64,000 nucleotides of DNA from Vicugna vicugna (Eukaryota). The stretch spans positions 5,355,598 through 5,419,597 of the forward strand of contig MU059161.1 of NCBI GenBank assembly GCA_013265495.1, read 5' to 3'. Every line of letters starts with the position of its first letter. Position 1 is the first letter of the stretch. Both the position numbers and the translations under genes were made by a program. The notes under the pieces are model-generated. The model was not told where the DNA came from. It did no database searches and worked only from the letters and a program-made list of their open reading frames with translations. Below, in pieces: positions 53,931-64,000 of this stretch.

Positions 53931-56900
53931 AGTGTTCTGGAGGTGAGACTGCTCACCTTGCTGTTTGAGATTGAGGTAACTGGGGCCCAGAGAAGCCCCA
54001 TGCATCTCTCCAGAGTCACACCATAAATGTGGTGCAGAGCTGAGGCCCAGACGAGTCTCTGGACACCCTGTTTCTTACTCTCTGACCGGACTATGCTCTC
54101 CTCCAAGGTTTATGAAGATTTATTAAGTTGACTTAACTCCATGGAAATAAATGGCTAGACACAAACTTAACCACACTCATCAAATTTTACTTCCTCTTAA
54201 CCCCAGACTAAAAAGTAACAGCCAAGGCTACTGAGCCCATCAGTACAGTCTGGGCTGGCGGTACCTGACCTGTTCTCTAAAGTCGACTGTCTGGCTTTGC
54301 TTTGACCCTGATTCCCCAGCACATGTTAATTTGATGTGGACGTGAAAGTGGTCGTTAATAGTTTAGAGAAGGGGCCAGTGTATGGTGAACAGGGTTTTCC
54401 TGACGTGTTTTTGTTGCAGTAATCATGGCTCACCTGCCTTGGTTTGTGTCACTGCCTTTCTTTGGGTAAGCCCTGTCATCGTGGCCTTTTCCTCCCCGGC
54501 AGTTCTTTGATCCCCTGTGAAATCTGCTAATGTGTAGGCAACCGAGAGCAGCTGAAACATGATTCTTCCCCGGAGTGTTTGCATGTTAACAGAGATCAGG
54601 ACCCTGACGTTAAATTTGATGGTTCTTTAAAGGTAGAAGCTTAAATATTAACCAGCAGATTAGTATTAGTGGAAAGGATTAGTGGGGAGGGTTTTATTGA
54701 ACTCTTTTTTTTTTTTTTGCCTCCTTAATTTTTCTGAAATTACACCAAACGACTACACTTTCTGTGAATCATGAGTGTATACCCTGGTAATAATTGTCAT
54801 CGACACTCTTAAATCTAGAGCCCAACGCTTTATGTGAATTATGTTATTTAATCTACAAAATGATTTAATGAGTTAGGGACTATTTTATCAGCATTGAATA
54901 GAACACTGAGAAAAAGATTTTTTTTTTCAGAATTTAGCAACTTGGGACACATCACATAGTAGGAGAAAGAGCTGGGTTCAGATTCCACAGTCTGATTTCA
55001 TAGCCTCAGCTCTTCACCACCATCCATACTGCCGCACACGACGGTGATTATGTAATTATTATTGTACAAAATATAATGTAATACAATAAAATACAATAGT
55101 ATGTAAGACATAATGATACGCAATTAGCTGTGTGGGCACTCGTTTGCATACTTTGATTTTGGAAATGCCAAGAGGGGAGAAAACGCTTTCTCTGAGAGTT
55201 GACAGTAGAACTGCAGAAACTGGATGGATTTGGGCAAAGCTGAAAAGGTGCTTCCCCTGACCCCGCCCTTTCTTTCTTTCTTTCTTGGTTCAGCAGTTTG
55301 CTGGCTGGCACTCACCCTTGGGAGGTAAACTTAACCTAAGATCTCACTGTCTGTACCACTCAGGAAGCTCACACATCACTTACTGAGTTACTGGCATAGC
55401 TGTAAGTCAGCTGAAGAATTCCACTGAAATCATGAAAGGCAATAGCCCAGCCCCAAAGGCAGGTGATGGACAGTGTAACCCTTGAGAGCACATCTGCTCT
55501 GTCCTCATTCCTGTTTCCCTAGATTTAATTTATGGCTGGGACTTGGCCCTTCCTTTGGGCTTACAGGAACCCTAAAAGCTGAATGGCTGAGCTCACCATG
55601 ATCTATGTGGACCCTGTTCTCAGTTTTCTGACCTCCACTCAAGGACACCTGGAGCTCCTCCGAGCCCAGTAGCAGAAAGCTGTTTTCCTGGAGATCGGCA
55701 GCTCTTGTCAAAATACGTAGTGAGACAGTTTGCTCAATGAACTAAGATTCACTTTGTTAGGTCTTCACTCAGATCGTAGAAATACTTTCTCAATTACCTT
55801 TGCAAGCATACTATTTGTCCCTCTTGGTAATTTATTTTCCAATTCCTTCTGCAAATGTTTAAAAAAGGAGTCCCAATGCCAGAGACTTAACTGCCATGAA
55901 GGAAAAAATGTCGGGTCAACGGAAGTGAACACAATGTAAGCCAAAAAAGTGTCTAGAATGGGGAAAGCACTCAGGAAATCCTGCGTGTGTGTGTGATTTG
56001 GACTAACTCCATATTGCTCCTGATGTGAAGCTTTGGATTATAACATTCAAGATCATCATTTTCTAACAAGAAACGCTGCGTAATCTTGATAAGCACCCCG
56101 CTCTCACCAGCCTGGCCAGCCGGCTGCCCTAACAGCATGTAATCTTTATTTTTCTTTATTCATATTTTTTTTTTTGCCTTTATAACCTCAAGTTTCAAGA
56201 GGCTATCCAGAAAAATCAATGAGCCGGGATTTTTGAGTGATGGAGGACCATTACAGTATTTTTAAAAGATGAGGATTATGTATAAGCCATACTTTTCCAA
56301 ACCCATTTCATGGAAGCTCAGGCCCCAGGTCAACAGTTCTGTGGTCACCTTCACACAGGGAACTCTGCCAGCTTTTCTCCCTCCCTTAGGAATTTGACAT
56401 CTACCTTAAAAGCTCCGAGAATTCCGACATCCAGTAAAGATGTCTGTTTAACTTTGTTTAGCCCAGTATTTTCCAAACTCATTTCATCAGAGCCCTTACT
56501 TAGCCCCTGTGGAGAGGAAGTGCTCGGGAGAAGCGGCTTTCAGAGATGGGAGTACATCCCTGTGCCCACGAAGTGCACTGAGATGATTGCTTTTGCTGAC
56601 GATCAGAGTTCACTGTTCTGAACAGGTTGTAAACACGTTCATGGCAGTCTTTTCCCAAAATCCTAACTGAACTTTTAAGTTCCTCAGTTGGATAGTGCAC
56701 AACCAGAATAGTTTGCCCCTTTGCTGCAAGGAACTTAATAATACTGAGATGGCCCCTTGTGAACAGAGGGATAATGTTTTTTTTAAAAAAGCCCCAGAGG
56801 AGCTGGAGGAGTTTTTCTGTGTCTGCTCAGACTGCCATGTACGCCCTAGGTCTTGGGACTAGGCAACTACTATTTGAGAGCTTTGCTGTAACCCCAATGA

Positions 56901-57419
56901 CCTTTCTATTCAGTTCACTCATTTCTTTAGCTTTAATTTTATTCTGCTTTTGAGGAAAAAAATGCTAACACAAATTGCAGTAACATCAGCCTTCAGCATT
57001 TGCGTAGCTGGGGTGCAGCTTTAGAAGGTGGCTTTCCAGAGAGAATTCCAGTCAAGTGTCTGCATTGCCTAAGGTATCTGTTGCTTCCGAGGAGTGAATC
57101 CTACCATTTTATGGCTTAAGAGGTAGAGCCTCAGAGAACATGATGCCTAATTCATGCAAGTAGAACCATAATAGCATTCACCTGGAATGCCAAGAAATAA
57201 TGGTAAATAAAAATCATGTCAGTGATTTATATTCAGATTCAAAACAAGCTGACTCTGTTAGATGGATGATCTGGAACTAGTGCACCTTGTCAAGTCAGGG
57301 CTTTCTTAATGAACTTAGTGTTACATCTGGGACCAGGCCTGATATGTTTAATTATCATGATAAGGTTGATATTGGCTATTACTTTCATAATAGTAACAGG
57401 AATGAGTAAATCAACCCTT

Positions 57420-57950
57420 AACAGTTAAGAATTTTACTCTTTATAGTATCCTCCTAGGCTGGCAGAGTTATCTCAGGTTACAGACTCACGTGCTCAGAGA
57501 GGTTAAGTGATTTGTGTGTGGTCACACAGCTAATACCTAGCAGAGCTGAAACCAGAACCTAACCCTCTGTGCCTTCCTTAAATTGTACCAACGCATTCCA
57601 CAGAGATGTATGATTGGAAATAACCTATCTTTTTTTATGTATCTGATATATTCCTGGAGTTCTTCCAAAGGAAATCATTTGGAAGGGAGCTTGGAATTTG
57701 TGTGTTGCAGTTGGGTATCCCTTTTACTTAACAAATACGTATATAAAGCTTATTGTCACAGCAGCCACTAAGTTGTGGCTCTCTCCTGTCAGTCTTACTC
57801 TGCAGATATAATTAGACTCTGTTTTACAGACATGGAAACTGTGATTAGAGAGGCTAAATCTCTTGCCTGAAGACACAGAGCCCCCACCTATCAGAACTAG
57901 AGTTCTCACGCAGGCTCTCTGGCTCTCTGTGCTGTTCGCCACCAGACCGT
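57420..57950 (-). mobile_element. Two MIR fragments (~57420-57575, ~57800-57950)
   Basis: gctcagagaggttaagtgatttgtgtgtggtcacacagct; ctgttttacagacatggaaactgtgattagagaggctaa. Confidence 0.7.
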
Positions 57951-58242
57951 GCCCGTCTCTGTCACCTCCTCTGTTTGTGCAAGCGTAGGACTGGGTAGGA
58001 AAACCAGGCTGAGGGTGATTCAGGTTGAGAGCTATTTGGTTTTAAACATGACGTGCCTAGGTGGGAAGCTAGTTTTTTACTTTGTTATTCATGCTTTCAT
58101 ATGTTTGCTAAATTTTCTATAGTGTTTGTGTGTTTTTTCATAATAATAAAGGACCTATACAGAAAACACATTTTTCTAGCATAAGGCTGCAGCCTTTATC
58201 TTAGGTGCTAAGATATTGGCCAACATATATGAACACACGCAG

Positions 58243-58260
58243 GTATGCGTGCGCACGCGT

Positions 58261-58296
<36 letters not shown>
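58243..58296. repeat. Alternating purine-pyrimidine microsatellite, (GCGT/GC)n then (CA)n
   Basis: Directly visible; 54 bp of unbroken alternation. Confidence 0.95.
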
Positions 58297-58297
<1 letters not shown>

Positions 58298-59944
58298 CAC
58301 GTACAAGGGGAATTTTGAGTCAGGAAACTTGTCATTAAGCCCTTACTCATTCCTTTTTGCACTTTGCTTTTGTGACCTTTGGCATCCTTCCATACTTCTT
58401 TGAGCTGCTGTTTTCTTATCTGATAAACAGAGGATAAGACGGCTTCACAGAAGACTAGGAGCATTAAGTGAGGCATAGAATGCTACAAAAATGTAAATAA
58501 CTCTGTTCCGGTAAATATACTTATAACTTGTTTTTAAAAGTTTCCACTCTCCATTATTTGCATAGATGTTATGCAACGTGTGTTTTGAAGTTTGCCAGAA
58601 AGAACTTTATCCTGTAGCCCTTAGCCAGTCAAGGATGTGAGCTGGGGTGGAAGTTTTGTGGGATAAGCAATCTGCTGCTCCCTTGGAGAATTCTCCAAAT
58701 TTGCAAGTAGGAACATCCGCAGTTGGCAAAATGGCAACATTTATCATTCAGGTGGAGCCTCTGTGCTTGCAAAGGACCTGGTAATTGGTAATTAGCTGAC
58801 CTCCCCTTGCCTCCTGCCGCTCCCCCCTTTCTCTGTCCTGCTGAGCCCCCTGGAATTCTTGAATTTGGAGGCAGAGGCACCTGCATCCTCTTCTTATATT
58901 GCTCCCTACGTGATGTCCAGAAAATCCCAGAGGGCCACAGCTATCTAATGAGTTAGTATCAGGGGTGAGAATTAAACTGGCCCCGCAAATGAGCTCTGGC
59001 CCCGCAGCCCTGGGCTGGTAGGAAATGAGGTCAGGTCTAGAAGACATCAGGCTTTGGGCAGGGACTAGTTTTCATATAAACAGGAATTCTCTGCCCCGTC
59101 TTCTTTCCCTCTCACCTCTTCCCCTGCAAAGCCTCACCTCCGCCTTGTCAGTTTCCTGGTGTCCAAGGAGCCATTTTTGCTTCCTCCAGCCATCCCGTTG
59201 GCAAGTCCAGATTTCCCCATGTGTGCTCCCAAATAGGGCAGATGTTTTCCATTCATTTGCTCCCAAGAAGAATTAAAGCCTGAAAATCTTGCTGATCTTT
59301 CAGCTGCCTCTTGGATGGTGATGTTAGTTAGACTCTCACTGAACCGCCGTTTCGTCTCTTTGGCTCCATTCAATCACGCTAAAGTTCATTTCAAGGGAAG
59401 GAGACTTATTATCAATTCCATCCTGTTTTAAAAATGGAGAGCCTCCTCTCTGCCGTTACAGCAGAGCTGAGATACTTCTCTGGAAGGAGGACTGAAACCT
59501 GAATAATTAACAAAACCATCTTTCCTGAACTCCTTTTTTTCTTTTCATCAGTTGGGAGGATTCTGGTATTCCCTTTGGCCTGGCACATGGGTGGACAGAC
59601 ACATCGTCGAAGGCCGAGCTGAATTCCTCGGGTTGGGACTTGCCTAGTAACTGCTTCCTCTAGGAACCCCTGGAACTGAGGCTGAAAAGTCCACGTGCAG
59701 ACACAGCTGTCCCCTCCCAGGCCTCCTGCCTGCTTCAGGCTCAGCAGGCAGCTCTCAGTTCTGTCTCACACTGCTTTCCCCAGTGATTTGACCACCTGTT
59801 TCATTAGACGTCCCCACCCTTTTTAATTTTTTTAGATTTTTTTTTCTCTGTGATGCTTTTTATTCCTTACTACCCTCCCCTGCCTTTCACCCATCTGTTC
59901 TTTTGATGGAAGGCTGATAAGTTTAACCTACGGTCAAGAGGGAA

Positions 59945-60300
59945 AAAAATGAACTCTGTAATAGAGAGTTGAGGACCTGGTGCCACCGGGCAGCCCTAGC
60001 TGAGCCTCAGTTTCCTTATCTGTAAAGTAGAGCAAGGCAGACCTGCCTCGGGGGAGCAGCCGTGGGAATCGGGAGGCGGTGGGTCATGGTTAAGAGCGCC
60101 ATCCTGGGTGGAACCCCAGCCCTGCCGGCTATGTGACTGGCTGGGTGACCCACCAGATGTCAGCTTCTTTACCTGTAGAGCAGGGTCATCATAGCACCTG
60201 CTTTACAGGGTTGGACTGGGAGGATTAAAACAGATCATTCACCTAAAGTGCTTTGCCGGGTACAAGACCAATAGAGTTAAGTCCTCCATAAATATTATCT
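59945..60300 (+). mobile_element. Two tandem MIR copies
   Basis: ctgagcctcagtttccttatctgtaaag; ggttaagagcgcc...gtgactggctgggtgacc...ttacctgtagagcagggtcatcatagcacctg. Confidence 0.7.
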
Positions 60301-61209
60301 ATCTGTTGTTGTCATTTGTTTCTTGAAATTTAGTAAGTTCTGGTTCCCTGAGGAAGAGATGTCCCTTGCCAGCAGGGCCGGGTACAGGTCTCACGTTTTC
60401 CCAGAGACACAAACTGTGACGTTCCTGAAGGAGCTTTGTAAGCACAACTATAAACCCACACCGTGGCCTGCACACCTTGGCAGGGTGTCCTCAGCTCTGG
60501 TCTCTGGGCCCACTGCTTAGAGCTGACCTCGGCCAAAGGAAGCCCTCTCTCAGAGCCCTTGGGGTGCTCTGGGATAACGTGGCCCCAGTGAGGCCAAGGG
60601 ATCGAGGATGGAGAGTCCCCACCACTGTGGACCCTGGCCTGGACTTGAGACTCACAGGAAAAGCATGCATCTCACTGTCTCTCACCTGCCACGTGCAGAC
60701 CTTGTCCCAGCACCCTGCTCTGTCCTTGATATTAAAGGGACATCGTCACGTTACATATAAGGGCACTTTTCTTATGATGAGTGTCTGCAAAATGAACCAT
60801 TTATCTTCTATGTTTTTTTTGAACTGCCATATAAGCCTTGGCATTACTGTTAACAAACAGGCTTTTTTTCTTAATCACATGAGCCTTGGAATGGGAATGG
60901 TCTACATTAATCTTCTATGAGTTCTGATGGCCAAGTCCAAAGAGAGCATGGTAAAAATGATGACTGAGGAAGGTGAATCTGGCTGCTGCCTGAGGCCGAA
61001 AGTTGGGAGCAGTGACCCGGCTCAAAGGCTGGCCAAGGCAGGATGGACGAGGGTTTAATCAGAGCAAGTAATGCTGGGTGTATCATGTTCTATCACACAT
61101 CACCCATCACGCCGGGATGCAGGGTTAGAGGGCATCAGGACGGTCATTTGAAGATAAATGAACCAAGGCCTCCAAGGCTTGTAGCTCTGCAAACAGAGGT
61201 GAAGGCAGG

Positions 61210-62900
61210 CTGGATGCATTCATTCAACAACTGGTTGGTTACTCATTGAGCTTTTATCGTGTCTCAGACACTATGCTGGAAACATGCTGAAGACAAGGGG
61301 AAACACAAAGGTAAAAGTCCCTACCTCTAAGTCTTTAAAAAAAAATCAAAAGGCCAGTAAACAGAGAAACAATTATAAATTGTGATACAAAACGAACAAC
61401 CAAGGAGCAGAGATTGGGAAGCAGTAAAGTTTAGGGCAGAAGCGAGGCAGGCACTTTACATAGGGTGGCCGAGCATAACCTCTAAGGCATGTATGCTAAG
61501 AATTAAAAGCTGAGAAGGCGCTCCCATGTGAAAAGCGTGAAGAAGAGCAAAGAGCGTAAGGCGTGACCTGGAGGAATGTGCAGAGGCTCGAGGTGGGACG
61601 ATCCTGGGCTTTTCCAGGGCTTGAAAGAAGGCCACTGTGGCTGGAGAGCCAGGAGGAGGCGGAGGGTTTCCGGATGAGTTTGGAGAGGTGGGGAGGGGCC
61701 AGATCATCCAGAGCCTTGGGAGTCACAATAAGGGCGTTGAGTTGTGATACAAGGCAGAGTTTCTCAGACTTGCGCGGAATCAGAATCACTTGGAGGGCCC
61801 CTTAAACAGATCACCTGGCCTCATCCCTAGAGTTTCTGAATCTCACTGTGGGAACTAAGAATTTGCGTTTCTAAGGCATTGCCGGGTGAAGGTTGTGCTG
61901 CTGCTGGTCCACAGACCAGACTCCGAGGCCGCAGCGGCCTATCAGAAATATGTCTAATAGAACTGGCAGAACTTGGTAACCCACTGAATGCGGGGTTCAA
62001 GTGGGAAAGGAATCAAAGATCATTACAAAGGTACGGTCCCATAAGATCAAGACGTAAAATACAAAGGAAGAATTCTCTGGTTGGGGGTGAAAGATGAGAT
62101 GGTGTGGCCAGGCCAGGAGGAGTCTTCCGTGGGGTTCAGTGGATGCGGGAATTCACAGAGTCATAAGGATTTCACAGACGGGTGGTAGAGAGGGTATAAA
62201 TGTAGGGAAGGAAGTACAGAGGCAGGAAGATAATACTGTCAACTTGGGGTTTCTCCCAAGTTCCTCCCAGCCAGCCTTTTCCTCCTGCAGACTCGGGGCT
62301 GGCCACCTCCCTGGCTTACCTGGCCTGTGGCCAAACTAACAATGGTAGTGACCTTAGTTCACCAGCAAACAGTGGCTTGTTTTGCCGTCTTCCTCCTCTA
62401 CGTCTTGTAGGAGACTGGACTCTGATTCCTTCATCCTATGATGAGAAAAACTAACTCCCGCAACCAAGGACACCGACCAGGGACACCCACGGTCCACCTG
62501 GATGAAGCAGGTCTGCGTTTGCCCTGCCCCAGCCCCTGGAACGCTCCACCGCACTCAGGTGGCCCGTCAAGCCTGCCAGCCTTACTTCCTCCAGAGCACA
62601 GCCTGCTCTCCTCCCCAGTAGTAGGTGCTGCTGACAGCGAGTCCTGGGCAGGAGGACATAAGCCAGAGAGTGACTTGAAGCCTGGCCCACCCGCCAGAGA
62701 GGCCAAGAAACCATGGAGAGGACAGTGTCATAGAAGCCAAAGGAGAGAGAAGTTTTAAAAGAAGCAGAGAGGCCCAGACGCAACCCAACTATTGAAGAGT
62801 CTAAGAAAATAGGAAAAAAGAACCTAGCGTGATTTGTCAACAAATCATGACAGCCTCATAGAGAACAGCTATGCAAGAGTGGGCGGAAGGAAGAAAACAG
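61210..62900 (-). mobile_element. L2 LINE (~1.5 kb, fragmented) interrupted by MER5A
   Basis: cattcattcaacaactgg...gacactatgctgg...gaggtggggaggggccagatcatccagagcc...aatggtagtgaccttag. Confidence 0.75.
61755..61935 (+). mobile_element. MER5A hAT element nested in L2
   Basis: cagagtttctcagactt...atcagaatcacttggaggg...agagtttctgaa...aagaatttgcgtttctaa...gctgctggtccacagacc. Confidence 0.8.
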
Positions 62901-63611
62901 CAATCACCGTGCAGTAATGTGCAGCTGATGTTATGAGGTTAAATACTGCGCAAGTAATTGAGTGATGAAAACGATTAGTGGTGCACAGGATGCTCAATCT
63001 GTGCCCCGGGTCCTCTGGTCCAGCTTGAATAGTGGAATAACTGGCAGATCACTGCACTATGAATCATGCCAAGGCTCACTTGGAGATAAGCTAAAGGCCA
63101 AATATGTAGGATGAGGAGGGTCTACATAGTCCTCTTATCTTTGTGTCCTGAGAAGGGCAGGTGAAATGCTCAAGGTCAACTTGAGCCCACAGCTGGCCCC
63201 GTAGACTGAAGTTCCTCCAAGCTCCGTCTGGAAAAGGGACCCAGAATGCCTGTGCAGTGAGCCCTGAGGCTCCGAGGCCACCTGCAGCGTGTGTGCGCGT
63301 AGCGCTGAGGCACAGTGGGGGTTAAAGGTCTTCTCAAGTTCTTTGCGCTCAAGGACCAGTATTCTCCTCTCTTTGATTCATCCATCCGTCCTTGCTTGGC
63401 CTCAGGATAAACATTCCCCATTCCTTGTCCTCTCGACACCAGCTAAATCATCCCACCTGAATAAAAACGGTCACGGACAGAGCCCATAACTGCTCACACC
63501 TGGATTTTTCACAGAGTGGATTGTGGCGAGTTGTATGCAGAACAGCTAGCTTATGTCATCAAGATGAGATGAAATATTAAGAAGCCTATTGGAGTCTGAA
63601 AGCTTTGAACC

Positions 63612-63800
63612 TGCCCTGTTCAACAGAACCTTCTGCAAAGATAGAAATCAAGTTTTCTGCTACCAGTATGGTGGCCACTAGCCACTGTGTGTATCAAGGG
63701 CTTGGAGTGGGGCTCATGTGGCTGACAATAGAACTTTTATTTAATTTGAATTAATTTGAATTGGCATAGCCACAGATGGATCGTGGATAAAGCACAGCTT
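63612..63800 (+). mobile_element. MER3-type hAT element
   Basis: ctgttcaacagaaccttctgcaaagatagaaat...gtatggtggccactagccac...tttatttaatttgaattaattt. Confidence 0.7.
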
Positions 63801-64000
63801 CAGAAGACACTTCAGCTTTGCTTCCTTCCTCATACACTCACCTCTGGGGCTCCTGTCTGGACTCAAGGGGGCCCCAGAGCCTCTTAGGGTGATGTGTGTT
63901 CTCCAGGATGACATGCCGTCTTGGATGGTTTCCTTCCTCCTATCACACGAGAGCTTCATTCACTCCAAATGAGGAAAAATCTGCCCGGAGTTACTTAAGG

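Overview
This is mammalian genomic DNA. A tRNA-Ala-derived Vic-1-type SINE and a cetartiodactyl-type L1 3' end point to a camelid (camel, alpaca or llama). The only protein-coding gene I can support is INSYN2B (FAM196B) on the minus strand. It has three coding exons (19447-18123, 16991-16917, 1705-1519) with canonical GT-AG junctions and matching phases, giving 528 aa. By known synteny INSYN2B lies antisense inside one very large DOCK2 intron, and I found no recognisable DOCK2 coding exon, so the whole window is probably DOCK2 intron on the + strand. The rest is interspersed repeats (many MIRs, L2, old L1M fragments, a ~3.9-kb L1MA-type copy with two N gaps, hAT MER elements, one MLT1 LTR), microsatellites and one minisatellite. 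There is no CRISPR array, rRNA, functional tRNA or CpG island. Most of the ORF track is noise: non-ATG starts, repeat-derived or low-complexity frames. The best leads are: (1) a repeated A-I-Q-[T/V] motif array in INSYN2B that looks like multivalent dynein-light-chain (LC8) sites; (2) a ~0.9-kb 5' leader with 19 uAUGs, including an in-frame uORF that stops 6 nt before the start codon; (3) several well-formed cryptic + strand exons that could truncate or modify DOCK2; (4) a near-complete MIR inside a much younger L1; (5) a young CpG-rich minisatellite. I cannot demonstrate a new biological system from the sequence alone. Repeat names and boundaries were called by eye against remembered consensus sequences and are approximate.
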